Below, one piece after another: positions 1 through 12,245 of a stretch of 64,000 bases of DNA. Origin of the DNA: Candidatus Saccharimonadia bacterium (GTDB taxonomy: Bacteria; Patescibacteriota; Saccharimonadia; CAILAD01; BJGX01); the NCBI GenBank assembly GCA_039738615.1, contig JBCLLP010000001.1, positions 3,573 through 67,572 on the forward strand, given 5' to 3'. Each line of letters starts with the position of its first letter. Position 1 is the stretch's first letter. The position numbers and the translations under genes were made by a program. The notes below the pieces were generated by a model. The model searched no databases. It saw nothing but the letters and a program-made list of their open reading frames with translations, and was not told the origin of the DNA.

Positions 1-1177
<1,177 letters not shown>

Positions 1178-1507
1178 ATGAAGCTTGACAATCCTAGGCA
1201 ATCTATAGGCTGTCGGTAATACCGACAATATGTCTACAAAATGTTGTTCCTGGGATAAAATCAATCTCCATAAAAGAGTTACTGACAAAAGCCAGATGAT
1301 ACTCTCTAAAAAGAGTTGTATCTTGGGTTGTCACATTTTTACTAAAATGTAACCAAAAAGAAATTAACGAGTCGTTATTTCTAGCACTATTTACTTCTCA
1401 AGATACTTTGCTCCTATGGCGCAAAATAAAATCAGCTGACATATTTGTATGTCTGCTGTTTTTATTTAAGTAGCCCGCTTTTGAATGTTGAGCAAAAGCT
1501 ATTTATA

Positions 1508-1536
1508 ATTTTACGGGGTAATTAGGGATGTGTCAA
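1508..1536 (-). promoter_or_regulatory. sigma70 promoter of the rRNA gene
   Basis: Minus strand TTGACA-17nt-TAAAAT about 330 nt upstream of the 16S 5' end. Confidence 0.8.
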
Positions 1537-1552
1537 CAGCTAATGAAAGTAG

Positions 1553-2389
1553 TTATTTCTTTCCAGCCTTCTTAAGCCAGCCCTGCTTAGAGATATTTAA
1601 AGATTCTTCGCTAAAACGAGTGGCTCTTTTGATGTTCATCCAGCGCCAAATTACAATTAATATAAAAATCACCCAAGTCGCCAGAATACTTATAGCCACC
1701 CAGCGCTGTCCATAGAGCAAGCTAGATTCCTTGGCCACAAAGCCAGCAAACACCAACACGACGCCAAGTATTACACTACCAATTATTAGGTACTTAAAAA
1801 TATAGGACGCCTTTTTATTGGCTTTTATCTTTTTAGAATAGATTATTTTGATAATTATTGGAACAATAGCAATCACTAGGCCGATAATGTAAATTATCAT
1901 AATTTGTGAGGAGCTTGGCACCGCTGAAAGCCAACTAGTAATAGGCGTAAGCTGGTCTAGGCTAAAGATGGTAGCCATCAAAGCTCCCAACAGTGCTCCT
2001 ACGATAACCTCTAGGGGCTGGTGGCCAAGAATCTCTCTAAGCTGGCTATAGTCGTCGGGCTTGCGCAAGTTTCCGTTATGCGACATCTCTGCTATCAGCT
2101 TGTTCAGGGTGCGGGCTTGCTCACCAGCACTTCTGCGAACCCCAAAGCTATCATACATCACTATCCCTGCAAGTATTGCCGTCACACCAAAAAGTGGGCT
2201 ATTAAGCCCCTGGTGGTAGAAAGCGTAGCCAGCTAGCGAGCAAACTACCGCCGAATGCGCTGATGGCATACCTCCTGAGGCGTATAAATAACGCAAATCT
2301 GTATCACCCTTCAATATTTCTATTAGCATCTTAATCCCTTGGGCTACCGCCCAAGCAATTAATGGAACATACAAATATGGTGTAACCAC
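1553..2389 (-). CDS. Divergent PAP2 / DUF212 acid phosphatase-like membrane protein with a C-terminal transmembrane extension
   Basis: Motifs SGGMPSAHSA, YDSFGVRRSAG and LGHQPLEV; three extra hydrophobic helices at the C-terminus. Confidence 0.85.
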   Translation of the reverse strand: MVTPYLYVPLIAWAVAQGIKMLIEILKGDTDLRYLYASGGMPSAHSAVVCSLAGYAFYHQGLNSPLFGVTAILAGIVMYDSFGVRRSAGEQARTLNKLIAEMSHNGNLRKPDDYSQLREILGHQPLEVIVGALLGALMATIFSLDQLTPITSWLSAVPSSSQIMIIYIIGLVIAIVPIIIKIIYSKKIKANKKASYIFKYLIIGSVILGVVLVFAGFVAKESSLLYGQRWVAISILATWVIFILIVIWRWMNIKRATRFSEESLNISKQGWLKKAGKK

Positions 2390-2455
2390 AATTTAACTCT
2401 CCTCTTATTTATATTAATTTTAGCTTGCTTACTGCTGGCCGTCTACACTTTTTAA

Positions 2456-3025
2456 TTAGCTAGGCTCGAAACTAAAGACCATTCCATAGTGATAGCCCGG
2501 TAATTGTAATATTCTCTTGAATCTCATACCACAGCCATTCATTATCTTAAGCGCATCTTCCTTGGTAACCCTGTGTTCCATTTTAGGCCCTACATTAACA
2601 TCCTTAGTGTCCCAGTCAATTAGCACAACCTCACTATCGGCTTTAAGGTATTGGCCAATGGCCATACAAAAAGAATCAGGCTTAACCGTATTAGAAAGCA
2701 AATTAGTGAGTATTACGATATCAATATCACCGCTCCTAATAGTTGCTCCTACCAATAAATCAGACAGAAGCTCAAGGACTAGGTTTTGATGGTAACTTGC
2801 CAAATGAGCAAGCTTGCTAAGAGCCTCGCGATTGGGCCCAGCCACATAAACCTTGCCAGACTCCCCAACCTTATTTAGCATTGCTGGCGCAAAAAAGCCA
2901 ATTGGCATACCTAACTCTAAGATGTTATTGCCTGGCCGTATATCAAGATCTTCAACTACATTCGTGGGGTTTAAAAACTTACTGCCTGTTCTTGATCGTA
3001 GCCCCCTTGGTAATGCTTGAAGCAT
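2456..3025 (-). CDS. Class I SAM-dependent methyltransferase-like protein
   Basis: FLNP..V...LDIRPGNNILELG..GFF and VVLIDW...GP pattern; the glycine-rich motif I is degenerate. Confidence 0.65.
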   Translation of the reverse strand: MLQALPRGLRSRTGSKFLNPTNVVEDLDIRPGNNILELGMPIGFFAPAMLNKVGESGKVYVAGPNREALSKLAHLASYHQNLVLELLSDLLVGATIRSGDIDIVILTNLLSNTVKPDSFCMAIGQYLKADSEVVLIDWDTKDVNVGPKMEHRVTKEDALKIMNGCGMRFKRILQLPGYHYGMVFSFEPS

Positions 3026-3090
3026 TTTAGTGCCTTTCTTTAATTTAATATCATCATACTATATATGCCGGCTTGCTAGCAAAGCTAATG

Positions 3091-5643
3091 CTACGCATCA
3101 TTCTTGGGCGGAGATTCCACTTTTGTCTCATCAATTGGTTCTTCTTCAATTTCCTTAGGTAAAAGTGCAATAGAGGCAATACGGTCATCGTTAGCCATTC
3201 GCATTATCCTAACTCCCTGCGTAGATCTACCTATTACTGGGATGCCACTAAGCCTAAGCCTAATTACTTGGCCTTGTTTGGATATTATCAGTACATCACC
3301 TTCTTTACCCTGGATAATCCTAACATCCACGGCCTTACCGGTCTTGGCAGTAACAACGCCAGCCTTAATACCTACACCACCACGATTATGCGGAGCAAAT
3401 AAATTGCTCTTGGTAATCTTACCGTAGCCATTCTCCATAATTACCAGCATCAACATGTCTTCACCACTAATCACATCCATACCTACCACCTTATCGTCCT
3501 TGCGTAGCCTAATGCCCCTAACGCCTCTAGTAGCGCGCCCCATTGGTCTGGCGTCCTTCTCCATAAATCTTATAGCCTGGGCCATAGAGGTAGAGATAAT
3601 AATATGGTCATCTCCTGTGGTCTTCTTGACCCAGCTGAGCTTATCTCCACTATCAAGCTTGATAGCTACAATTCCACTTTGGCGGATATTATTAAAGTCT
3701 GCTATAGCGGTCTTTTTGACTGTGCCGTTGGTGGTAGTCATAAACAAATATTTAGCTGGGTCGTCATTAGAGATGGTCACAAGCGAAGTAACACTCTCCT
3801 CTGGACTTAGGCTTAAAACATTCATTATAGACTGCCCCTTTGCAATTCTACTGGCTGGGGGTATTTCATAACCCTTAAGCTTAAAGACTCTGCCTAGAGT
3901 AGTAAAGAATAAGATGGTATCGTGAGTTAGCGCCTGAACGACATGCTCCACCACATCTTCTTCCTTAGTAGCCATGCCCATCTTGCCCTTACCTCCACGC
4001 CCCTGCGAACGGTATTCGTTGGCAACAATACGCTTAATATAATTACCTTTTGTGAGGGTTATAACGACTTCTTCGTTTGGTATTAAATCTTCATCACTAA
4101 AGTTTCCAATAGCTTTTTTAATAATTTGGGTTCGCCTTTTATCACCGTACTTTTCTTTAATCTCTTCTAGCTCTTGGCGAATAACTTTTAGAATATTAGC
4201 TTCGTCACCAAGAATTATTTCTAATTCCTTAATTAGCTTTAATAGAGCACTGTACTCGTCTTCTATCTTTTGGCGCTCTAGCCCAGCTAGGGTGCGTAAT
4301 TGCATCGCCAATATGGCATTGGCTTGAATTTCGGTAAGCTTGAAGTCAGTAATAAGATTTTGGCGTGCTTCGTCCTGAGTGTTGGACTTACGAATAGTAG
4401 CTATTACCTTGTCAATTTGATCAAGTGCTATTCTTAAGCCCTCTAGAATATGCACTCGATCCTTAGCCTTTTGTAGTTCAAACTCAGTGCGTCGCCTAAC
4501 TGTTACCTTGCGATGATCTAGGTAGTAGCGCAAAACCATTTCTAGATTTAAAATGCGTGGCTGAATACCATCTACGAGTGCTAGCATATTGACATGGAAG
4601 GCGGTCTGCATAGGTGTTAGTTTGTAGAGCTGATTGAGGATTTTATTGGCGTAGGCGTCTTTCTTGAGCTCTATCACCACTCGAACTTCTCCCTTGGCAG
4701 ACTCGTCGCGCAAGTCCGAGATACCAACTATCCGCTTGCCTTTTACTAAATCAGCTATCTTCTCTACTAAGCTAGCTTTATTGGTCTGATAAGGAACTTC
4801 TGTAATTATTATTTGTTCGCGTCCTTTGGCATCTTCCTCAATAGTAGCTACGGCGCGCATAGTTATACTTCCTCGCCCCGTTCCATAGGCCTGAGCAATA
4901 CTACCATCGTCAAATATTATTCCACCAGTAGGGAAGTCTGGGCCCTTAATAATTTTTGTTAGGTCAGCAATTGTGGCTTCGGGATTATCAATAATACATA
5001 TTACTCCATCTATAACTTCTGTAATATTATGAGTTGGTATATTGGTGGCCATACCAACGGCAATACCCTGTACTCCATTAAGTAAAAGATTAGGAACCTG
5101 GGCTGGGAGCACCTTGGGTTCGCGCTGTGAGCCGTCATAGTTAGGCCTAAAATCAACGGTGTTCTTATCTATATCAACAAGCATTTCTTCGGAGAATTTA
5201 GTCATCTTGGCCTCAGTATATCGCATAGCAGCAGCTCCATCTCCGTCCATACTTCCAAAGTTACCTTGGCCGTCTACCAACTGATAGCGCATACTAAAAT
5301 TCTGGGCCATACGCACCATAGAATCATAGATGGCAACATCACCATGGGGATGGTACTTACCAATTACCTCACCCACTACGGTCGCCGACTTACGATATTT
5401 GCCAGACGGGCGAAGCCCTAGAGTATGCATGGAGTAGAGTATTCTGCGGTGCACTGGCTTAAGGCCATCGCGGACATCTGGAAGTGCGCGAGACACAATT
5501 ACACTCATAGCATAGTCCAAATAGCTTTGTTCCATTTCCGACTCGACGGTCTTGGGTACTACTAGGCCAAATTCAGTTTTCTGTGGCTTATAGTTGGTGT
5601 TGTCAAACTCTTCAATTGGTTGTTGGTTGGTTGTGTCTTTCAT
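3091..5643 (-). CDS. gyrA: DNA gyrase subunit A
   Basis: [28 protein letters not shown], GyrA-box QGRGGKG and C-terminal pinwheel repeats. Confidence 0.98.
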   Translation of the reverse strand: MKDTTNQQPIEEFDNTNYKPQKTEFGLVVPKTVESEMEQSYLDYAMSVIVSRALPDVRDGLKPVHRRILYSMHTLGLRPSGKYRKSATVVGEVIGKYHPHGDVAIYDSMVRMAQNFSMRYQLVDGQGNFGSMDGDGAAAMRYTEAKMTKFSEEMLVDIDKNTVDFRPNYDGSQREPKVLPAQVPNLLLNGVQGIAVGMATNIPTHNITEVIDGVICIIDNPEATIADLTKIIKGPDFPTGGIIFDDGSIAQAYGTGRGSITMRAVATIEEDAKGREQIIITEVPYQTNKASLVEKIADLVKGKRIVGISDLRDESAKGEVRVVIELKKDAYANKILNQLYKLTPMQTAFHVNMLALVDGIQPRILNLEMVLRYYLDHRKVTVRRRTEFELQKAKDRVHILEGLRIALDQIDKVIATIRKSNTQDEARQNLITDFKLTEIQANAILAMQLRTLAGLERQKIEDEYSALLKLIKELEIILGDEANILKVIRQELEEIKEKYGDKRRTQIIKKAIGNFSDEDLIPNEEVVITLTKGNYIKRIVANEYRSQGRGGKGKMGMATKEEDVVEHVVQALTHDTILFFTTLGRVFKLKGYEIPPASRIAKGQSIMNVLSLSPEESVTSLVTISNDDPAKYLFMTTTNGTVKKTAIADFNNIRQSGIVAIKLDSGDKLSWVKKTTGDDHIIISTSMAQAIRFMEKDARPMGRATRGVRGIRLRKDDKVVGMDVISGEDMLMLVIMENGYGKITKSNLFAPHNRGGVGIKAGVVTAKTGKAVDVRIIQGKEGDVLIISKQGQVIRLRLSGIPVIGRSTQGVRIMRMANDDRIASIALLPKEIEEEPIDETKVESPPKNDA

Positions 5644-5651
5644 ATTGGTCC

Positions 5652-7718
5652 TTATATATCCAAGTTACTTACGCTCTTGGCGTGAGTCTTAATGAAGTTC
5701 TTGCGGGGTGCTACTTCCTCGCCCATAAGCTTATTAAATATAGCATCGGCCTTCTCGGCATCTTCTACGGTCACCTTTAATAATATTCTATTAGCTGGGT
5801 CCATAGTGGTCTCCCAGAGTTGATCGGCGTTCATTTCGCCCAGTCCTTTATAGCGCTGGATATTAATGCCGGCCTTTTTCAGTGGATTTTCAAATGATTC
5901 ATCCTCGTTTTCATTTTCTGCACCAGTTACTTCCTCAGCTAGCCTTGCTAAGTCCTGGGCAGTTTCAACCTTAGTTTTTGCTGAGCTTGTCTTGGATAGC
6001 TTCTTGGTCTTTTCACCGGCTGACTCCTGAATTGAAGCCATAATATCACTTATCGCTTGATCGCGCTCTTTATCGGAATAGGCGTAGCTTGAGCTTTTGC
6101 CCTTAGACACCTTAAATAGCGGTGGCTGGGCAATATATATATGTCCGCCATTTACTAACTCTGGGAAGTGCCTGAAGAACAATGTCAAAAGCAATGTCCT
6201 AATGTGCGCACCATCAACATCAGCATCGGTCATTATGATAATTCTATTATAGCGCAGTCTGGCTATATCAAAGGTTTCGCCAATACCCGTGCCTAGGGCA
6301 ATTATAAGGTTCTTGACTTCATTGTTTGCTAGCATCTTATCAAGCCTAGCCCTCTCGACATTGAGTATTTTGCCACGCAGCGGCAAAATGGCCTGGAAGT
6401 TTCTATCCCTACCTTGCTTGGCTGAGCCTCCAGCAGAGTCACCCTCTACGATATACACTTCACTTTTGGTCATATCCTTACTACTACAGTCCGCTAACTT
6501 GCCAGGAAGTGTCATCCCCTCCAGCGCGCCCTTGCGAATTACGCTATCGCGGGCTGCCCGAGCTGCTAGTCTGGCCCTGGAACTAAGCACGCCTTTTCCA
6601 ATAATTTTTCTGGACTCTGTGGGATTTTCTTCAAGGTAATAGCTAAAGTACTCATTAAGAACCTTCTCGACTATATTGCGGATTTCAGGATTACCTAGCT
6701 TGGCCTTGGTCTGACCCTCAAACTGCGGATCAACTAACTTAATAGACACAATGCCCGTCAAGCCTTCACGAACATCATCGCCGGTGAGGTTTTCTTCTTT
6801 TTCCTTAATGAGTCCGTTTTTGCGGGCATATTCGTTAATAACTCGGGTTAGGGCAGCCCTAAAACCTACCGCATGAGTTCCGCCTTCGGGGTTATATATG
6901 TTATTAGCAAAGGCTCGGAGTTGTTCATTGAAGCTATTGCAATACGCAATAGCAATCTCAACAATGACATCATCAACTTTCTTTTCGACATAGAAGGTGG
7001 GGACATTGAGTACTTCCTTGCCTTTATTAAGGTGCTCTACATAACTTTTAATTCCACCTTCAAAATAAAAGCCATAGCTGTGCTTGAACCGTTCATCAAG
7101 AATATTAACGTATACGCCCTTAGTTAAATATGCCTGGTGGCGCAAATAGTCTACCACTGTCTTATAACTATACTTGGTGCTCTCAAATATCTCGTCGTTG
7201 GCCTTGAAGCTAATGGATGTTCCGCGTTTCTCAGTCTTGCTGACTTTTTTAATATTAGTTAGAGGAACGCCACTTTTATAATTTTGCTCGTACTGGTATC
7301 CGTCTTTCCAGACGGTTGCCTTTAAGTCGGTAGATAGAGCATTAACCACGCTAATACCCACACCATGCAGCCCACCGGAAACCTTGTATCCCCCGCCCCC
7401 AAATTTTCCACCAGAGTGTAATATTGTTAGGACAGTTTCTAGTGCGGATTTACCAGTAGTCTTATGCTTATCTACGGGGATGCCACGCCCGTCATCAGTC
7501 ACTGTCACCCAGCCATTTTGATGTAATACAACTTCTACTCTGGTAGCCTCACCTGCCAAGGCCTCATCAATAGAGTTATTCACAATCTCCCATACCAAAT
7601 GATGAAGGCCCTCTATCCCAGTGCCGCCAATATACATTCCGGGACGCTTACGGACTGGCTCTAGTCCCTCCAGTACTTGGATTTGATCTGCATTATATTT
7701 TTGCTTATTTTCAGTCAT
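5652..7718 (-). CDS. gyrB: DNA gyrase subunit B
   Basis: [33 protein letters not shown] and QRYKGLGEM. Confidence 0.98.
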   Translation of the reverse strand: MTENKQKYNADQIQVLEGLEPVRKRPGMYIGGTGIEGLHHLVWEIVNNSIDEALAGEATRVEVVLHQNGWVTVTDDGRGIPVDKHKTTGKSALETVLTILHSGGKFGGGGYKVSGGLHGVGISVVNALSTDLKATVWKDGYQYEQNYKSGVPLTNIKKVSKTEKRGTSISFKANDEIFESTKYSYKTVVDYLRHQAYLTKGVYVNILDERFKHSYGFYFEGGIKSYVEHLNKGKEVLNVPTFYVEKKVDDVIVEIAIAYCNSFNEQLRAFANNIYNPEGGTHAVGFRAALTRVINEYARKNGLIKEKEENLTGDDVREGLTGIVSIKLVDPQFEGQTKAKLGNPEIRNIVEKVLNEYFSYYLEENPTESRKIIGKGVLSSRARLAARAARDSVIRKGALEGMTLPGKLADCSSKDMTKSEVYIVEGDSAGGSAKQGRDRNFQAILPLRGKILNVERARLDKMLANNEVKNLIIALGTGIGETFDIARLRYNRIIIMTDADVDGAHIRTLLLTLFFRHFPELVNGGHIYIAQPPLFKVSKGKSSSYAYSDKERDQAISDIMASIQESAGEKTKKLSKTSSAKTKVETAQDLARLAEEVTGAENENEDESFENPLKKAGINIQRYKGLGEMNADQLWETTMDPANRILLKVTVEDAEKADAIFNKLMGEEVAPRKNFIKTHAKSVSNLDI

Positions 7719-7851
7719 ACGCTACTTCATTTCCTTAGCTTAGATTAAAATAAATAATAAGCCCACATTAGCTTATATATAATCCTATTATAGGGGATTA
7801 GCCAATTGCAAGCAATCTAATTATAGCCAGTGGCTAGATAATAGCTTTCGG

Positions 7852-10287
7852 CTAGATGCCTAGGCTTTTTTTAATCTCTTCGGCTACCTCGGCTTTTGGC
7901 TTGGCATACCTAGACCTACTCAACTCTTTCATTTGGGCCAATATCTCGGGCTTTGATACACCCAATGGTGGCATTATTTCTTTCATAGAAAATGGCACGG
8001 TGGGGGTACCTTTTGCAATAATCTTGGTGGCGGCATAATGGTTTTGAATATTTGATAAGTCTGAGGCGTCAAAGGCCGGCGCAAATTGTTTTACCAAATA
8101 TTCGGCATCGTCAGGACCAACCCTAAAGGCAATAGTAGAGCCAACATTACCAAATACTGAATCTCTAACCTTCTCGTCTAATTGAGATATAAATTGATTA
8201 GCCATAATCAGACTTAAATGGTATTTTCTAGCCTCTGATAAGATTGTAGCTATGGAGTCAGTAGAGTAATTTTGGAACTCATCTATATAGAGGCTAAAAT
8301 CACGGCGTTCTGACTCTGGGACATCAGCCCTACTCATAGCAGCTATCTGGAATTTAATAATAAAAATAATACCCAAAAGCTGCGAGTTAATATCCCCAAG
8401 TAAACCCTTAGACAGATTAATAAATAGTATCTTGCCGTCATCCATCATCTCTCTTAGGTCAAATGCTGATTTCTTTTGGCCTACTATATTGCGCATAATC
8501 TCATTGTTTGCAAAGGCCCCAAACTTAGACACGAACCACCCAAGCATCTCGGACTTGGAGTGCTGATCAGTCTGAGCCATCTCACCAGTCCAGAAGTCTT
8601 GAATAACAGGGTCCGTGACATGCTTAAATTTCTTTTTCAGATATTCATCATCGGTAAATACCTTGGGAATCTCAATAAAAGTTCCACCCTCAGGATCAGC
8701 CATTACGGTAAGTGCGGCGTTCCTAAACCACGCCTCAAACCTAGGCCCCATAAAACCCTGTCTGTTCGGGTCATAGATTTTATAAAGCATAGATATAGCC
8801 TCCTGGACCAAGAAGTCTTTTTGCTCAGGATGCTTGGGGTCAAACTCCATAATATTCCAACCCATCGGGAAGTCTGCGTCTCCAGGGTTAAAATAAACCA
8901 CATCCTTGGCTCTCTCTGGCGGGACCTTGGCCATAAGCCTTTCGGCAGTATCGCCATGTGGGTCAATCAAGGCAACCCCCTTGCCGGCGTATATATCCTG
9001 GATAATGCAATTTTCTAAAAACACCGACTTACCCGTTCCTGTCTGCCCTATAACATAGATATGTCTGCGCCTATCATCGTCTGATAGCCGTATAATCTCT
9101 TCTCGTCCTTGGTAAAAGTTAGTGCCCAGTATCATACCTTCATCGCTCATACCAGCTGGGGCAGCCACCTCCCTCATACCTTTTCTTTCTACTTGTGCGG
9201 TAATATTAATATTCTCACTAGGCAAATGAAAAATTGTGGCCAGCTCAACTGAGTTTAATACATCCTTACGCCTATTGACAGGGAAGTACCTAAAGATAAA
9301 GTCTGTAGCTAACTTCTCTACATCATCTGCTGATTTAAACTTAAATGAATTAGAATTATTAAGATCTAGCTGGGCAAAGCCAAGCTTAAAACTATCAATA
9401 ATGGTATTGGACTCATTAGCTGATGTTGTGCTAGCTATAACACGAATGATAGTCTCAAATACCGGATGCTTAGATTTCTCCTCAAGTAATTCAATCTTTT
9501 TCTGATCAATAAGATTTAGCTGTTTATCGCCCTTTTCGTCTGGGTTCTTGCTGTCTGTGCCCTTGAATGGGGCCTTTGCTACATCCGAAGCTAGGGCTAT
9601 ATACTTATCAGCACCCTCCTTCTTGTCGGGGTTAATAATGCTTTTAGACTGTGCTCTGGATTGCTTAATCCATTTAGGGTCAGCTGGCCTAACCAGAATC
9701 TGTATGGCAGCCCCCTGATCATCCGCTAGATTAGAAAGGCTAGATAATAAACCTGCAAAAGCGTCCTGCTGGCTCATCTGAAAATTATTAATTGGGTAAA
9801 AACTCGACTTGCTAAGTACAAATTCTCCACCACTTACTCCTGCTATCCTACCCTCCTTAGAGAAGAAGTTAACATCTTCCGATTGCTCCATTTGAACCCC
9901 TGGATAGCTAGAGGTCAGTGCTTTTTTGATTGCAACTAGCAAACTTGCAGGCACAGCTACATAGAAAAGTATTTGCTTGCCTATTGCAACTGCCTCAAAG
10001 CTTATATACCGCTGGCCATAAAGCCGTGACTTCTTAGAAGACATTCCTGAGAGTGACCTGAATATGCCTTCTGCTAAGGATATATTTTCTTTAATTGCTT
10101 CCCTGCTATCCCTACCTTCTGCTGTAGCTTCTTGAGGGGGGAGCTTAATAATTAAAGGTATAAGCTTGAGACTTCTCTCGACTGATTTAGATTTTCGTAA
10201 TTTATTGACATGAACCCAAGCCCCAGCTCCTACACCGGCCATAGCAATCAATGATAATATAATTACGATTAGTAGCAATATGTCCAT
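7852..10287 (-). CDS. Membrane-anchored VirD4/TraG/HerA-FtsK-like ATPase (coupling-protein-like)
   Basis: N-terminal TM helix, Walker A GQTGTGKS, IDPHGD, Walker B LYIDEFQN, EARKY and ANQFISQL. Confidence 0.85.
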   Translation of the reverse strand: MDILLLIVIILSLIAMAGVGAGAWVHVNKLRKSKSVERSLKLIPLIIKLPPQEATAEGRDSREAIKENISLAEGIFRSLSGMSSKKSRLYGQRYISFEAVAIGKQILFYVAVPASLLVAIKKALTSSYPGVQMEQSEDVNFFSKEGRIAGVSGGEFVLSKSSFYPINNFQMSQQDAFAGLLSSLSNLADDQGAAIQILVRPADPKWIKQSRAQSKSIINPDKKEGADKYIALASDVAKAPFKGTDSKNPDEKGDKQLNLIDQKKIELLEEKSKHPVFETIIRVIASTTSANESNTIIDSFKLGFAQLDLNNSNSFKFKSADDVEKLATDFIFRYFPVNRRKDVLNSVELATIFHLPSENINITAQVERKGMREVAAPAGMSDEGMILGTNFYQGREEIIRLSDDDRRRHIYVIGQTGTGKSVFLENCIIQDIYAGKGVALIDPHGDTAERLMAKVPPERAKDVVYFNPGDADFPMGWNIMEFDPKHPEQKDFLVQEAISMLYKIYDPNRQGFMGPRFEAWFRNAALTVMADPEGGTFIEIPKVFTDDEYLKKKFKHVTDPVIQDFWTGEMAQTDQHSKSEMLGWFVSKFGAFANNEIMRNIVGQKKSAFDLREMMDDGKILFINLSKGLLGDINSQLLGIIFIIKFQIAAMSRADVPESERRDFSLYIDEFQNYSTDSIATILSEARKYHLSLIMANQFISQLDEKVRDSVFGNVGSTIAFRVGPDDAEYLVKQFAPAFDASDLSNIQNHYAATKIIAKGTPTVPFSMKEIMPPLGVSKPEILAQMKELSRSRYAKPKAEVAEEIKKSLGI

Positions 10288-10296
10288 AGCTATTTT

Positions 10297-10689
10297 CTAT
10301 TTAACATCAAGATTAAATCTTTTCTTAAGATACGCTCGGCTTAAGGCATGTTGACCTTCATCCTCAAAATAAGGGTCGCTGCTGGTTGTACTAACTATTT
10401 TATCAGCCTCATCTACCCAAGCTTTCTCTATTTTATCTGTATCCTCGGCAGGCAACTGGGCTAGCTGGGTATTATAACTTGTAGCAGCATCTGGGGTTGC
10501 TATTATATTAGGGCTAGCTGGGGCCTCTACAATTGATTGTGGGGGGGCAACTACGGTTGGTTTTAAACCTCCCGAACTAGTTGGCTGCTCCGGGTTATTA
10601 CCAGCTTCTAAGCTAATACTGCTCTGCTCAGCTGCACCAACAGACGGGGTAATATTAACATTGACTGGTTGTTTTGAATCTGACTGCAT
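10297..10689 (-). CDS. Hypothetical protein with a low-complexity N-terminus and a folded C-terminus (D.DKIEKAWV)
   Basis: 130-aa ORF ending 9 nt before the ATPase gene; TATAAT lies 6 nt upstream of its ATG. Confidence 0.7.
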   Translation of the reverse strand: MQSDSKQPVNVNITPSVGAAEQSSISLEAGNNPEQPTSSGGLKPTVVAPPQSIVEAPASPNIIATPDAATSYNTQLAQLPAEDTDKIEKAWVDEADKIVSTTSSDPYFEDEGQHALSRAYLKKRFNLDVK

Positions 10690-10740
10690 CGCTCTATTAT
10701 AGCAGTTATGCTTATCATCATCTAGCTATCTTTGCGTGGG

Positions 10741-12210
10741 CTAATTATGAATCCATACCGGCGTGCCAATATCTGCCCATCCAAACAGAAATGCCGCTGA
10801 AGCCTTTGGCATATTTACACACCCATGGCTACCACCGTAATAATAGTCTTGGCCTCCAAAAGCACTACGCCAATCAGCATCGTGAAGGCCGTACCCAGCA
10901 TAGAATGGCATCCAATAATCTACATATACATTATAGTCCCAGCCATATGGACGCCCATTAAGATATCTGCTCCTTTCCTTGGCATAGATACTAAATAATC
11001 CAGTAACTGTAGGGAAGCCGGCTCCCGTAGCGCCACTAGTAATGGGCGTGGAGAATATTACTTGATTATCCTGATAGGCCCATAGTGTTTGACTAGATAT
11101 ATTGATTTCAATGTATCGCCCATAATCTAGTGTTACGGACCTATTGGTCTCAGTAATAAAAGCTATATCATACGAGCTAACCGTTATAGAAGAATTACCT
11201 TTTTGGAGACTACTATATATCTCACCTGCGGCCTTAGCCTGATCAATAGCCTTACCTACCTGCCCCTCGCGCTCAACAGATGAAACGCCATTTTTGATGT
11301 TTATTTTTTTATTTATTGGTGCCTCATCTACTTGGTTTGCGATGGTCTGCAGGTAGCCCATAATTTGCTCCCGTGACAAATCTACATTAAGTATTATGCT
11401 ACCATTTTGACTCTTGGCTTCATTAAATACTAGCCAGTGACCCCTGGTGCTCCTATCTGGTAAATAGACTTTGCCATCATAATTAAGAGATACTGTGTAG
11501 TCTAATATTCTTATGGCTTTCTGCTTTGCAGTGCCGAGGTCTATAGCCCTCAATGGAGCTTTGATGTTCTTTGGCTCTAGTAAAAAATTCTGATCCTTAC
11601 CATCTCCCAATGAACTCTCGATGAGCCTGTTAAGGATTTCTTCATCAATCTTTAGTCCATCCTTATCAGAATATATCTCAACATTACCATCCTTAACACT
11701 AAGTCCTGCATTGACAGGATTACTTCCAACAGAATTAACTACTCTAGAAGTAAAGGCTTTTAGCTCTCGGCTATCTACCCTATAGGTATAGCCAAGCTGG
11801 CCTCTTTTGAATGAATCAAGAAAGCCCAACACCGATAGCGGAGAGTTATGGCCTACCTTATAAGCCATCTCTAGAGTAGCATCTAAGTCGTACTTGGCTC
11901 CTAGCTCACTGCTGTTGGTCTCAAAGGTTTTATCGCCAACCTTAACCGTAAAGCTTCTTTCTGTCTTGATGCTTTTAAGAATTTCCCTGGCTTGATTGCG
12001 GGTCTTGAAGCTAAGGTCATGACCAGATACCGACACTCCTGGGAATATTACTCCTTCAGTAAGTGTTGATATAAGCAAATTTGACGTCACAAAAACTATC
12101 ATAATTCCCATAAAAATAAACCATAACCTTGCGCGAAAGCTAGGGCGCTCGCCAGACTTAGATAGCATGGGAGGTAAACTCAAAAAATGAGAGTGGGGTG
12201 GCTTATTCAT
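10741..12210 (-). CDS. L,D-transpeptidase (YkuD domain) with peptidoglycan-binding (PG_binding_4-like) region
   Basis: N-terminal TM helix; C-terminal YIEINISSQTL...GLHDA...GSHGCVNM catalytic motif. Confidence 0.9.
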   Translation of the reverse strand: MNKPPHSHFLSLPPMLSKSGERPSFRARLWFIFMGIMIVFVTSNLLISTLTEGVIFPGVSVSGHDLSFKTRNQAREILKSIKTERSFTVKVGDKTFETNSSELGAKYDLDATLEMAYKVGHNSPLSVLGFLDSFKRGQLGYTYRVDSRELKAFTSRVVNSVGSNPVNAGLSVKDGNVEIYSDKDGLKIDEEILNRLIESSLGDGKDQNFLLEPKNIKAPLRAIDLGTAKQKAIRILDYTVSLNYDGKVYLPDRSTRGHWLVFNEAKSQNGSIILNVDLSREQIMGYLQTIANQVDEAPINKKINIKNGVSSVEREGQVGKAIDQAKAAGEIYSSLQKGNSSITVSSYDIAFITETNRSVTLDYGRYIEINISSQTLWAYQDNQVIFSTPITSGATGAGFPTVTGLFSIYAKERSRYLNGRPYGWDYNVYVDYWMPFYAGYGLHDADWRSAFGGQDYYYGGSHGCVNMPKASAAFLFGWADIGTPVWIHN

Positions 12211-12245
12211 CTAATACTAGTATAACTTAAAAAAGGTGATATTTA

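Noticed and set aside
7852-10287. Conjugative element or ICE
   Set aside because: No relaxase, VirB4 or other mating-pair genes, integrase or att sites; the neighbours are core genes.
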